Notes under the pieces: generated by a model
What the model was told of the DNA's origin: nothing
What the model saw: only the letters and a program-made list of their open reading frames with translations
Databases searched by the model: none
Assembly: GCA_963555755.3 (NCBI GenBank)
Contig: OY820905.2
Coordinates: 2,368,001 to 2,432,000 of the forward strand
Source: Nitrospirales bacterium
Lineage (GTDB): Bacteria; Nitrospirota; Nitrospiria; Nitrospirales; UBA8639
Length of the DNA stretch: 64,000 nucleotides
Direction of reading: 5' to 3'
In this document: piece by piece, positions 53,928 through 64,000 of the stretch
Position numbering within the stretch: the first letter of the stretch is position 1
Layout of the letters: each line of letters opens with the position of its first letter
Translations under genes and position numbers: made by a program

Positions 53928-54950
53928 ATGAACGGTACCACGATTGGCGTTGACATTGCGAAGAACGTATTTGAGATCTACGTGGAAGACGAAGCGGGGC
54001 AGGTGGTGGAACGCCGCCGCCTGTCTCGGAAGAAGATGTTGCCCTGGTTTGCGAATCGTCCCCGCGCGGTGGTGGGAATGGAAGCCTGTGGGGGCGCCCA
54101 TTATTGGGCCCGCGAATGAGAAAAGCTCGGCCATGAGGTGCGGCTGATTGCTCCGCAGTATGTGAAGCCGTGGGTGCAGACCAACAAAAGTGATTCGGTG
54201 GATGCCCGAGCCATCTGTCGTGCGGTGCGCGAACCCGGGATGCGGTTTGTCGCGATTGCCAGCGAAGCCCAGCAAGCGGTCCAGGCCTTTCATCGAGTCC
54301 GCAGCCGGTTGATGGGCAATCGGACCGCGCTGGTGAATCAGATCCGTGGGATCTTGTTGGAATATGGGGTCGCTATCCCCAAGGGCGTGGCCTCGGTCCG
54401 CAAGGCATTCCCCCTGCTTCTGGCCGAAGAACGGTGGGCGCCGCTGGTCCGGCAATTCTTGGTGGAGCAACAAGCGGAGCTGCTGAATTGGGATGCCCGG
54501 ATTGAGGAAGTCACCAACCACATCAAGCAGGAGAGTGCCACTCAGCCGGTGTGTCAGCGACTGGAGCAGGTGCGCGGGATTGGCCCGCTGTCGGCCTCGG
54601 CCCTGTGGCTCAAAGCAGCGGGGCAGCCGTATCAGAATGGGCGACACGTAGCGGCCGCCCTCGGCCTGGTGCCCAAGCATACCGGGACGGGGGGCAAGAT
54701 TCGGTTAGGGGGGATCAGTAAACGCGGGGACCGGTATCTCCGGCGATTGCTGATTCATGGGGCCCGGGCCGTGATCAGGCAGGTGGGCGAGAAACCGGAT
54801 CGGCTGAGTGGCTGGCTCCGGGAGCTCGTGGCCCGGCGCGGCATAAATAAAGCGGTGGTGGCGCTCGCGAATAAGAATGCCCGCGTGGCCTTCGCCATCA
54901 TGCATGGAGACCAGCCATATGATGTGACGAAAATGTGTCAGGCGTCATAA
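53928..54950 (+). pseudogene. IS1111-type recombinase with in-frame TGA at 54117
   Basis: GVDIAK, GMEACGGAHYWARE*..KSDSVDA, TGG, LLIHGARA in one frame. Confidence 0.9.
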
Positions 54951-54959
54951 GACGGAGGA

Positions 54960-55180
54960 AGATCTTTCCAAGGATTGCGTAGCAGGAAATCCCAACTGAT
55001 GGGCGAAAGCGGTCACCCCCGCGGGAGCAAACCCTGAGTTCTGTCATCGGCTGAGTCATCAAGCCGGCGAAATGCATAGGAGCTTCCGCGCGAAAACCAT
55101 CAAGGCTCGGAACACAGAAGGTTCCATGACGAAGCCGGATATATGACAGCAGACCCGCTCCTTATCAGATGGTAATCCCG
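54960..55180 (+). ncRNA. Predicted seek/bridge RNA of element 3
   Basis: TTCTGTCAT (55039) and CGAAATG (55068) match the target; ACCAT (55096) and ATATAT (55139) match the donor junction; ends approximate. Confidence 0.8.
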
Positions 55181-55621
55181 CTTGCAAAACAGGGGGAGTC
55201 CATATATGACAGAAGGAAGCCTTCTCGTTGTTCATCCAACCAGACTTGCTCCTTACCACTTCCGCCTCTTGTCATTTCGACCCTTGGGAGAAATCTCGCC
55301 ATTCCTGCCACGCCTGAGCAGGCTGTTCCCCCCTCAACACGGTCCCCATGACCTGCGGCGGGCCATGGAATAGGTCCCAATTCCACCAAAATGGCAACTG
55401 GTCCGACAAAGGCCCAAGAACGCCGCTGGCCTGCCTGCCATAGCCTTGGCGAAGGCTGGCGGACTTTTTCAACAACCCCTAAATTTCTTGACACAACTGA
55501 GGACCCTGTGATACCTCTCAAGTCTCACCATCCGTCTCGGGGCATGAGCATTTCGCCCTTTGTCAGAATCAACAAGTTCGCGGCTGCACATTCCTTGGAG
55601 AGGAATTATTAAGGAGTACGA

Positions 55622-55717
55622 ATGTCGAGTGTTGTAAAGAAAAGGCGCAAAAAAATGCGAAAGCATAAGCACAAGAAGCTTCGCCGACGCATGAAATTCG
55701 CCCGAAGACGGAATTAA
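55622..55717 (+). CDS. bS22 / AURKAIP1-COX24 family small ribosomal protein
   Basis: RBS AAGGAG; MSSVVKKRRKKMRKHKHKKLRRRMKFARRRN. Confidence 0.88.
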   Translation: MSSVVKKRRKKMRKHKHKKLRRRMKFARRRN

Positions 55718-55746
55718 TGAATCATCTCATATCCGGGTGATGGAGG

Positions 55747-55968
55747 ATGCATCTGGGAAAACGAACGAAAATCCGAGTGAGGACGGCTCTCAGCACCTAC
55801 ATAGGGAATTTGTTTATTCCCTCGATGCGCAATCGAGTTTCAGATTTGTTCAACGATGAGGCCCTACTTTTCATCACCCTCACCGATGTGACAATCGATG
55901 GAAAAGAACAAGCCGACTTCGTCGCCCTCAATAAAAACATGATTGAGTCCGTCACGCAATTAGAATAA
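55747..55968 (+). CDS. Small hypothetical protein
   Basis: RBS GGAGG; RNRVSDLFN..FITLTDV..FVALNK. Confidence 0.75.
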   Translation: MHLGKRTKIRVRTALSTYIGNLFIPSMRNRVSDLFNDEALLFITLTDVTIDGKEQADFVALNKNMIESVTQLE

Positions 55969-56085
55969 TCCTCCTCTTTTTTTATCCGCTCCTTTCTCCC
56001 CATCTTCTCTCGTGTTATGAACCTTATCCTCCGAGTCCTTGTGCCTGTCCTTGGCAGGTCATTCTAAACGGCTTGCCACATTCCC

Positions 56086-57843
56086 ATGTCGATTTATTCA
56101 CGATTTTTTCCTTTCATTCGCCCGTACCTTTCTCACATGGTAGGAGCCGGCCTCATGGTTATGGGGGTGGCCGCCCTCAACCTAATTCTGCTTCGTTTGG
56201 CAGGAAAGTTATGGGACATTGTCACGGTTCAACGGGATGTGGACCTCATGACACATACCATCGTAATTTTTTTGGCCATTGCGGTCGGACAAAGTGGGCT
56301 GGCCATGGGACAAAGTTACGTCACCACACGATTGTCCCAACACATCATGGCAGATTTTCGCACTCACCTATTCGACCATTTACAACAGCTATCGCTGAAT
56401 TTTTTTGCCAAACGACGGACCGGTGAAATATTGTCCCGCCTCATGAATGATGTGGGCGTCATTCAAACGCTGGTAGCCGAAACCCCCATTGATTCGGCCA
56501 AACATCTCGTAACGTTTATAGGCGGAATCGCTTTTTTGTTGTACATGAATTGGAAATTGTGTCTGCTCATTCTTTTGCTCTTACCGGCCTTGGTGTTGGT
56601 TGCACGGCTGTTTGGAAAACGCCTCAAGGCTCTTTCAACCAACATTCAAGACCAAACCGCCGCTCTGACCACGCTGATTGAAGAAGTCATTTCGGGAATT
56701 CGCGTAGTCAAGTCGTTTGTCCAAACCTCACGGGAACACAGCCGATTCAAGGTGGCCTTGCAGAGGTTAGTTGGCATGACACTTCGACGAACGGCGATTC
56801 TCTCAGTGTTCATTCCGACCATCACGTTGTTGACCTTCATCATGGCGGGAATGGTGTTGTGGTACGGTGGCAAACAAGTCATCGATGCCTCCATGACACC
56901 GGGTGACCTGTTGGCCTTCGTCCTGTTTGCTGGCATTTTAATCGGCCCGTTTGGTTCAGCCGCTCGGATGTTTTCTCAAGTCAAAGAAGCGCAAGGTGCC
57001 ATGCAGCGAGTGTTTGAACTGCTGGACACCCAGCCAGAGGTGACTGATCATCCCCAGGCCATCACGCTGCCCACCCTCAAGGGCCATGTGAAATTCTCCG
57101 GAGTGAGCTTTGCGTATGACCCACGGCAACCTGTGCTTTCCGATTTATCTTTCGAAATACGGCCAGGTGAGTTCGTCGCTTTAGTTGGCCCAACCGGTTC
57201 CGGCAAAAGCACGATTGCGAATTTGCTGCATCGATTTTACGATCCCACAACAGGGAGCATTTCGGTTGATGGTTTGGATTTGCGTGAGGTCACGCTCAAC
57301 AGCTTGTATCGCCAAATCGCGCTCGTACCGCAAGAGACCATTTTGTTTGGCGAGACCATCTTCGAAAATATCCGGTATGGACGAGAAACCGCTTCGGAAG
57401 AGGATGTCATTCATGCCAGCCAAGCGGCCAACGCGCACGATTTCATTTCAGGATTGCCCGACGGCTATCAAACGATGATTGGAGAGAAGGGCATTAATCT
57501 CTCCGGGGGGCAACGCCAACGCATTGCCATAGCAAGAGCCATCATCAAAGACCCGCGGCTGCTCATTCTTGATGAAGCAACTTCGGCCCTCGATTCTGAG
57601 TCGGAATTGTTAGTTCAACAAGCCTTGAGCCGTTTGTTCACCGGGCGGACAACCCTGGTCATCGCCCACCGTCTCACCACCATCCAAGAAGCTGACCAGA
57701 TCTTGGTGTTGAATAAGGGGGTCATTGTGGAAGCCGGCACCCATACGAGTTTATTGCAACAGGGGGGATTGTACCGTCACCTGTACACTTTACGCATGGC
57801 TGAGCTTGAAGGAACGACTGAGGACCGTGGGAAGGATGTGTAG
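56086..57843 (+). CDS. MsbA-like ABC exporter (permease plus ATPase)
   Basis: GPTGSGKST, LSGGQRQR, ILDEATSALD, IAHRL. Confidence 0.92.
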   Translation: MSIYSRFFPFIRPYLSHMVGAGLMVMGVAALNLILLRLAGKLWDIVTVQRDVDLMTHTIVIFLAIAVGQSGLAMGQSYVTTRLSQHIMADFRTHLFDHLQQLSLNFFAKRRTGEILSRLMNDVGVIQTLVAETPIDSAKHLVTFIGGIAFLLYMNWKLCLLILLLLPALVLVARLFGKRLKALSTNIQDQTAALTTLIEEVISGIRVVKSFVQTSREHSRFKVALQRLVGMTLRRTAILSVFIPTITLLTFIMAGMVLWYGGKQVIDASMTPGDLLAFVLFAGILIGPFGSAARMFSQVKEAQGAMQRVFELLDTQPEVTDHPQAITLPTLKGHVKFSGVSFAYDPRQPVLSDLSFEIRPGEFVALVGPTGSGKSTIANLLHRFYDPTTGSISVDGLDLREVTLNSLYRQIALVPQETILFGETIFENIRYGRETASEEDVIHASQAANAHDFISGLPDGYQTMIGEKGINLSGGQRQRIAIARAIIKDPRLLILDEATSALDSESELLVQQALSRLFTGRTTLVIAHRLTTIQEADQILVLNKGVIVEAGTHTSLLQQGGLYRHLYTLRMAELEGTTEDRGKDV

Positions 57844-57866
57844 GATCCGCAGACAAATGCCTTAAA

Positions 57867-58020
57867 CTCGAAATACGAATCTCGAAATACGAATCTCGAA
57901 ATCCGAAACACATTCAAAAAACAAAAAGGCCTGTCTCCATAAGTTGGCATAACCCGTTTGAAAAATTCAAATTTGGTATTTCAGATTTGTTTCGGATTTC
58001 GATATTCGAGTTTCGGATTT
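57867..58020. repeat. Inverted heptamer-repeat array
   Basis: CTCGAAATACGAAT x2 ... TTTCGGATTTCGATATTCGAGTTTCGGATTT between convergent genes. Confidence 0.75.
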
Positions 58021-58091
58021 ATTCATATCACGCCTACACAAAATCCTAGCCCCACACTTCGGAGTATTTCCTTTCCGAATCCTACCTTGAG

Positions 58092-58757
58092 CTATTTGAT
58101 CTTAGAAAAGTCCGCATCCAAGCTAATGAGTTTGCCATCCGGGAAAAACACCACGATCTTCGTTGGAGCCTGTGGATCAAAATCCTGGTACGAAAATCGT
58201 GCGGAAAATCGAGAGACGAAATTCATTTCGGAACCAGGAATTTTTCGTCCACGGCTGGGCTTTCCTTTATCCGTCGGCATGATATTCTTCGAGCCCTGTT
58301 GCAACGCCACATCCGCACCCTCCGCGAAAAATTCTTCCTGCCCACACAACCCGATTTCAATTTCCAAATTGGGCATGTTCAGAATTTCTTGGACTTTGGC
58401 TTCAGGCATCCGAACGTCTTCTTGCGCCACCTTAGACCGTCGTCCTTCTTCTCGTCCAAAATATTCGAACCAATAGGTTTTCGTTCGTAGGATCGCGCTG
58501 CTTCCGCAGGGTTTGGTTTCAGGATCATCTCCGATGCGAGAGCTTTTATCAGCCAATTTGATAATTTTAAACATTTCATCGTTGGAAGAAGCCTGTTCCA
58601 TGGGTTCACGGGCAAACGCCATGAGGTGTTTGCCTTGCTCCAAGGTCAGATCAACGTCAATGGCGAACGCCGGAGAAACCAAGAAACCACTGACCAAAAA
58701 GATCGCACCGAGCCCTTGCCAAATTGTGGAATGGGAGATGGTATCCATTGGGCTCAT
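58092..58757 (-). CDS. Exported hypothetical protein
   Basis: RBS AAGGAG, signal peptide ending AFA. Confidence 0.75.
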   Translation of the reverse strand: MSPMDTISHSTIWQGLGAIFLVSGFLVSPAFAIDVDLTLEQGKHLMAFAREPMEQASSNDEMFKIIKLADKSSRIGDDPETKPCGSSAILRTKTYWFEYFGREEGRRSKVAQEDVRMPEAKVQEILNMPNLEIEIGLCGQEEFFAEGADVALQQGSKNIMPTDKGKPSRGRKIPGSEMNFVSRFSARFSYQDFDPQAPTKIVVFFPDGKLISLDADFSKIK

Positions 58758-58862
58758 GTGCTTGCTCCTTCGTGTTGGATAAATGTTAGGTAAACGATTC
58801 AAAAACACACACTGCACATATCGTGAATGGGGATTGTAAAAAAGTCCCCTCCTCCTTTTCAA

Positions 58863-59732
58863 CCCAAGATCCGCGATGGGTTGGGTTAACAGAGGTCCTT
58901 TGGCGAAACCCCCGTGTTTCACCCCCTAGCACCGTCGCGTAGTCAATGGTCTGGGTGGATTCGAGGCCACCTCAAGGGTTGCCTTCCCTAGGATGGGATT
59001 GACCGGCCTTTTGTGGGCAGACCACTCCCTTCCTGCTTCCTTCTTCTCTGTGCGGCCCCCTGCCCCGGCTTAAGTCTGGGCGGCTTCCGCCCAGCGCGTC
59101 CGAATCTCCTCACACAAGCCCCACAGCCATTGCTGAACTTTGAGGATCACCTCGCCGGCATGCCGTACCACTTTGCTCGCCATCTGATACAACCGTCAGC
59201 GCACTGTGCGCACTTGGCACCGACTCCAGGTACGGGGCAAAGCCAACAACTTGAACAACACAAACAGGTTGTAGGCCAACCCGCCAATGCGAAAGAGGAC
59301 GGCATGGGCTGCGAAAGTCCCACACGGAAGCCGTTCCATGCCAAAGCCACTCTTCAGTTCTTTGATGCGATTCTCACTGGTCTCACCTCGCTGGTTATAC
59401 CACCGGACAATCGCCTCGGGGGGCCCGTCTCGGTTCGTCGCAATCAGCGTATCGTGCTGGCGGGGTAATAGCCGACGCGGCTCCCTGGCGCGGGCAAGGC
59501 CGCATTGAGTTGCCGGGGCACATTCATCGCATGCAGAAACTCCCCGAACAGCGCCAGGCCCCCATGGGCGGTGAGCTGCTCGTTGGTGGGCTCGAGCTTG
59601 AACGGCAGAATGGTTTGTAGCATCATTGGTTTCATCTCGTTGGTGAGGAGTGGCTAAGTGGGTGGGCGCCCATATCTTAGCAAATCAGCGAGGTTTTTTT
59701 ATGCCCGAAATACATCCATCGCGGATCTTGGG
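58863..59732 (-). mobile_element. Internally deleted IS1380-family element
   Basis: TIR CCCAAGATCCGCGATGG, TSD TTTCAA; N-terminal LTAHGGLALF and C-terminal ENRIKELK..AYNL transposase fragments. Confidence 0.85.
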
Positions 59733-59962
59733 TTTCAAATATCCAGACACATCCTCCCAATTCAAGCGTTACCACCCATGCACCACCGGTCACGTCAGGA
59801 GTTGACTCATAGTAGGAAGTCGGTTAGAGTGACCCGTTTTCGGCTTGGGTGGGCCATACAAAAGCGTTACAGAACAACAGGTTCCGCCGTAACAACTCCT
59901 CATTATTTTAACAGTGACCGGACCAAGACTCAAATGAGCCATGGCCGTGTATGGGAATGTGC

Positions 59963-60619
59963 ATGTCTCAACAAGAAGAAACCATGAATCTTGAAAGTCT
60001 TGAACGGGTCTACACCAACTATTCCTCTGTCTACGACAAGACATTTGGAAAAGCCTTTAATCAGTCCCGCGAGTCAGCGGTCAGAGGTTTGCGTATCGTA
60101 CCGAACGACAACGTGCTGGAAGTTGGAGTGGGCACGGGAATGGCACTCCCATTATATCCCACCCATTGCAATATCACCGGCATTGATCTTTCAGAGGGAA
60201 TGTTAAAGGTTGCGCAGGATCGGATTGACGAACATCGGCTCAACCACGTGACCCTTCAACGAATGAATGCCGGACAAATGGATTTTGAGGACAATTCGTT
60301 TGATATCGTCATGGCTGCCTACGTCGTCACCGCGGTCCCCGATCATCGCCAAGTCGTCTCCGAAATGATTCGCGTCTGCCGACCGGGTGGCCGAATCGTC
60401 ATGTTGAACCACTTTAGCAATGGGAATAAATTTATCGCCGCGGTGGAAAAACTGATTTCCCCCATGTGTCAGCGAATCGGATTCCGCACGGATTTATCCT
60501 TACACCATGTGCTCGAAGGCACGACCCTCCAGGTTTCCAAAAAAGAAAAAATGAATCCCTTGCGTTTTTGGTATTTGGTCGAATGCGTGAATGCCAAAAA
60601 CGGCCATTCCCTTTCTTAG
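59963..60619 (+). CDS. Class I SAM methyltransferase (phospholipid N-methyltransferase PmtA-like)
   Basis: VLEVGVGTG, GIDLSEGML, VCRPGGRIVMLNHF. Confidence 0.8.
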   Translation: MSQQEETMNLESLERVYTNYSSVYDKTFGKAFNQSRESAVRGLRIVPNDNVLEVGVGTGMALPLYPTHCNITGIDLSEGMLKVAQDRIDEHRLNHVTLQRMNAGQMDFEDNSFDIVMAAYVVTAVPDHRQVVSEMIRVCRPGGRIVMLNHFSNGNKFIAAVEKLISPMCQRIGFRTDLSLHHVLEGTTLQVSKKEKMNPLRFWYLVECVNAKNGHSLS

Positions 60620-60666
60620 GGTCCGTCCTCCTCTTTGTCCTACTCCCATCCCTTTTCCCAGCTACC

Positions 60667-61347
60667 ATGAAAAAGGCTCTCTGTTTGCAACATGTTTCCT
60701 TTGAAGGACCCGGCGTATTCCAGCCATATCTGGAAAAGCGCGGCATAACTCTTCAAAGAACACTCGTCCCCTCGGAAGGAATTCCGGGAGATATTCCCGA
60801 CTTATTGCTTGTGATGGGCGGTCCCATGTCAGTCAACGATGCCGATCCGTGGATTGGAGAGGAACTCGCATTTATTGGACAAACCATAGAGGCAGAGGTT
60901 CCGGTTTTAGGCGTCTGTTTGGGTTCACAGTTCATTGCGAAAGCCTTGGGTGGACAGGTAAACCCAGGCCCTCGACTTGAAATTGGCCCCATGCCCATCG
61001 CACTCACCGTGGAAGAAGACACGGACCCAGTTTTTGGCATGTTCCCTCCAACCCTCGAGGTCTTTCAGTGGCATGGTGAAGGACTCACGCTTCCGCCCGG
61101 AGCGATTCTCCTCGGCTCATCAGAACATTATCCCGTTCAAGCGTTCCGGTTTGGGAAACGGACCTATGGCTTATTGTTTCATTTGGAATTGGAACCAGAA
61201 GGCATCGAAGCTTTGTGTCGCGAATGCGCGAAGGATGTCCAACTGGCAGGTACCACAGCAGAAGACTTGTTGAAATCAGCATCGCAAGTCCTCCCCCAAT
61301 CTCACGAATTGGCTGAACGTTTAATCGCACACCTTACCACGTGCTAA
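60667..61347 (+). CDS. Type 1 glutamine amidotransferase
   Basis: LQHVSFEGPG, MGGPMSV, GVCLGSQ, FHLE. Confidence 0.9.
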   Translation: MKKALCLQHVSFEGPGVFQPYLEKRGITLQRTLVPSEGIPGDIPDLLLVMGGPMSVNDADPWIGEELAFIGQTIEAEVPVLGVCLGSQFIAKALGGQVNPGPRLEIGPMPIALTVEEDTDPVFGMFPPTLEVFQWHGEGLTLPPGAILLGSSEHYPVQAFRFGKRTYGLLFHLELEPEGIEALCRECAKDVQLAGTTAEDLLKSASQVLPQSHELAERLIAHLTTC

Positions 61348-61501
61348 TGCGGACTTTTGCTAGGATGCGGCCTTCAAACTTAGAAACAGAAGTTGGACGC
61401 AAAGCCTGGGTTGAGCCTTGTCGAATGATTCACATATCGCCCGCCAGGGAGCGCCGATTCACTTCGACGCCCCAAGGCAGGGTACGTTTGCTCTAAGATC
61501 C

Positions 61502-62785
61502 CTACAACTTCTTAAAGACTTGGTGGGCGGCTTCGATGGTGTGGTCAATATCGGATGTGGTGTGGACGGTTGAAACGAAAGCGGCTTCGAATTGGGATGG
61601 GGCGAAGTAGGATCCACGTTCCAACATTTTGTGAAAGAACTTGGCATACCGGGCCGTATCAGACTTTTTTGCTGAGGCAAAATCGACGACGCGGTTATCC
61701 GCAAAAAATCCGCCCATAAGGGAGCCGACTCGTGTTTGATAAAATGGGACGTTGGCCTGTTTTGCGGCTTTGCCCAATCCTTCGGCCAACTGGGCTCCTC
61801 GCCGGTCTAGTTTTTCATACACCCCAGAGGTACTGAGTTTTTTCAATGTCTCAATACCGGCGGTCACGGCCAAGGGATTTCCAGAAAGAGTCCCAGCTTG
61901 GTAAACCGGGCCTGCCGGAGCGACAAGATCCATTATTTCTTTTGATCCCCCATAGGCTCCTACGGGCAATCCACCACCGATAATTTTTCCGAGGCAGGTG
62001 AGATCTGGTTTGATGCCATACAAGGTTTGTGCCCCGCCATACGCCACACGAAACCCTGAAATCACTTCATCGAGGATGAGGAGAATTCCATGTTTTCTAG
62101 TGAGAACACGCAGCTGTCGAAGAAATTCTTTTTGGGGTAACACCACGCCCATATTGCCAGCAATTGGCTCGACGATGATGCAGGCCAACTTGCGCCAATG
62201 TTTCTGAATGAGGCTCTTCACCACCTCGATATCATTATAGGGAGCCGTGAGGGTATGACCGGCAAAGGCCTTCGGTACACCAAGACTATCAGGAAGCCCC
62301 AGCGTGGCAGCGCCAGAGCCAGCCTTGACCAACAAATGATCCGCATGACCATGGTAGCACCCGTCAAATTTCAGGATGGCGTCACGTTTGGTAAATCCAC
62401 GCGCCACACGAATGGCACTCATCACGGCTTCGGTCCCTGAGCTGACTAAACGAACCTTTTCAATGGATGGTAACGCCTGACAAATCATTTGAGCCAAGAT
62501 GAGTTCCTGTTCCGTTGGCGCACCATAACTCGTTCCTTGGCTTGCGGCTCGCTGAATGGCTCGAACCACCGCTGGGTGCGCATGCCCTAAAACCATCGGC
62601 CCCCAGGAGGCCACATAATCCAGGAACGTGTTGCCATCCACGTCGGTCACCGTGGCACCCCGCGCACGTTTGATAAACAACGGATTCCCGCCAACCGATC
62701 GAAATGCTCGTACCGGGCTATTCACCCCTCCGGGAATATATCGCTGTGCTTGATCAAATAATTTCTTTGAATTCGCTGTTTTCAC
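61502..62785 (-). CDS. hemL: Glutamate-1-semialdehyde 2,1-aminomutase
   Basis: PGGVNSPVRAF, SSGTEA, GKIIGGGLP, YQAGTLSGNP, PSQFEA. Confidence 0.97.
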   Translation of the reverse strand: MKTANSKKLFDQAQRYIPGGVNSPVRAFRSVGGNPLFIKRARGATVTDVDGNTFLDYVASWGPMVLGHAHPAVVRAIQRAASQGTSYGAPTEQELILAQMICQALPSIEKVRLVSSGTEAVMSAIRVARGFTKRDAILKFDGCYHGHADHLLVKAGSGAATLGLPDSLGVPKAFAGHTLTAPYNDIEVVKSLIQKHWRKLACIIVEPIAGNMGVVLPQKEFLRQLRVLTRKHGILLILDEVISGFRVAYGGAQTLYGIKPDLTCLGKIIGGGLPVGAYGGSKEIMDLVAPAGPVYQAGTLSGNPLAVTAGIETLKKLSTSGVYEKLDRRGAQLAEGLGKAAKQANVPFYQTRVGSLMGGFFADNRVVDFASAKKSDTARYAKFFHKMLERGSYFAPSQFEAAFVSTVHTTSDIDHTIEAAHQVFKKL

Positions 62786-62992
62786 TGTTCACTCCTTCAT
62801 CAGTCGCTGGTTGCTCATAAAGAAAAAATGGCCTTGCTCGTTTTTCGTTTTTTCATTAGCGACACGCAACCAACGACTGATTCCGTTTCACGCCTGGGGC
62901 ATACTCCCAAAAGTCCCCCTCAAGTCCACCACTCCTTTTTCCGATGGAGTCACTAACTGCTCACCAACCCACCATGATGGAAGGGAAACGCC

Positions 62993-63481
62993 ATGTATCT
63001 TGAAAAACGACACATCCACGAATCCACGGTATTAGATTGTTATGGGAAGTTTAATGATCACGACCATGACGTCTTCATACAAACACTGGAAACCCTTAAT
63101 GCTGAAGGATGTCGTTATGTGGTCGTGAACCTTACGTCGGTGTACCAACTCAGCGAAAGCATCATTGGGCTGTTGAAATTCGCGCATGAATATTTCACGA
63201 TAAATGAAGGACAGTTGGTCTTAGTGAGTCCCTTGAGCTCAGTTCGGCGCGATCTGGATCAGGCTGAGATCACCGCAACCATCCCCACCTACATGGCAGT
63301 GTATGATGCCCTTCATCGCCGAAATGCCGTGGCCAACGACGCTGCATTAGCTTCCACGCCACGTGTGACCCCACGCCCATTCGGAATTCCTCCACATGTG
63401 GAAGAGACTTCCGAACATTCCGAACCGCATACTCACCTGATTGAAAATGAATTGGTCGGGGTCGGGGAACATGCCACGTAA
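62993..63481 (+). CDS. STAS domain protein (anti-sigma antagonist-like, degenerate)
   Basis: VLDCYGKF..VVVNLTSVYQLSESIIGLL..GQLVLV. Confidence 0.7.
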   Translation: MYLEKRHIHESTVLDCYGKFNDHDHDVFIQTLETLNAEGCRYVVVNLTSVYQLSESIIGLLKFAHEYFTINEGQLVLVSPLSSVRRDLDQAEITATIPTYMAVYDALHRRNAVANDAALASTPRVTPRPFGIPPHVEETSEHSEPHTHLIENELVGVGEHAT

Positions 63482-63528
63482 GACGGCCCCATTGATGACA
63501 TCAGACGATTTCCTGTCCTGATAGGAAA

Positions 63529-63741
63529 TCAGGCATCGCTGTAGCGCTGCCCATGCTCTCCAGACCATTTGACAATACCGATTTCTTCTGACTCCCACAC
63601 CGCAATTTCCTCCTCAGCAGCCAAGTCTGCTTCCTTTTGCTTGTCTTCCAAACTTGGCTGCGAGGAAAGCAGAAGGGTGGCGATCCATTCTGGGGGTTTT
63701 TCCCCTTTGGGAATATCTTTTCTGAGAAAATTTACAGGCAT
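63529..63741 (-). CDS. Small hypothetical protein
   Basis: RBS AAGGGAGG before ATG. Confidence 0.5.
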   Translation of the reverse strand: MPVNFLRKDIPKGEKPPEWIATLLLSSQPSLEDKQKEADLAAEEEIAVWESEEIGIVKWSGEHGQRYSDA

Positions 63742-64000
63742 ATGATCCCTCCCTTAGGGTGTTGTAACAACCTCAAAGGCTTCATAATAGGCCTATCCTC
63801 CTGGCGCCTCAACTGTCAAGCCTTTGGTCCATATTTAATAAGTATTATTTCCTAATTATAATACCATAGAAAGTACGGGAAATAGCACGTTCAATCTGAC
63901 GGTAAAGAAACTGTTTGAAGTTGTATATAATCTTTTCTAAGACCATCCGTGTCCTTCACATCCCCTGCTTTGTGGTTCTGAATAGCAGGAATGGTGGGAA

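Larger units (their letters stand above)
53836..55207 (+). mobile_element. IS1111-group element 3 (AT core, sub-terminal IRs)
   Basis: IRs ATGGACTCCCCCT (53844) / AGGGGGAGTCCAT (55191); inserted in family F arm GTCGAA-AT-GACAG. Confidence 0.92.

Noticed and set aside
54117..54119. In-frame TGA as selenocysteine or programmed readthrough
   Set aside because: The position is not a Cys-type site in IS110 proteins and no SECIS-like hairpin was recognised; simple nonsense mutation is more likely
53508..54680. 390-aa minus-strand ORF
   Set aside because: Antisense shadow of the IS1111 recombinase plus repeats
59013..59468. 151-aa plus-strand ORF
   Set aside because: Antisense to the IS1380 transposase C-terminal fragment

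Overview
Bacterial chromosomal window, probably Nitrospirota/Nitrospirales (inferred from protein style and gene set; no marker gene searched). The backbone is housekeeping: ispA, uvrA, ruvB, ubiE-like methyltransferase plus a B12 radical SAM enzyme, cbbQ/nirQ-type ATPase, kamA-like, dcd-like, lipB, rlmN, larE, atpZ-B-E-F, pabB/pabC, nadB, bS22-like, msbA-like and hemL. The intergenic space is filled with several families of MITEs and REP-like hairpins, often nested up to three deep. The strongest signal is three different IS110-family (bridge recombinase) elements at 37165-38380, 47126-48626 and 53836-55207. Each sits in a different resident repeat family. For each, the core dinucleotide, the promoter formed on circularisation, the empty target site elsewhere in the window, and the target- and donor-matching guide segments of the non-coding bridge/seek RNA can be read directly from the sequence. 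Other points: a tandem pair of H1-like PAKKKA proteins behind a wHTH gene, a hicA toxin whose start codon reads ATA, and a ubiE + Slr0320-like radical SAM pair suggesting quinone methylation. No rRNA, tRNA or CRISPR array was recognised. All family assignments come from motif recognition by eye; no database searches were run.
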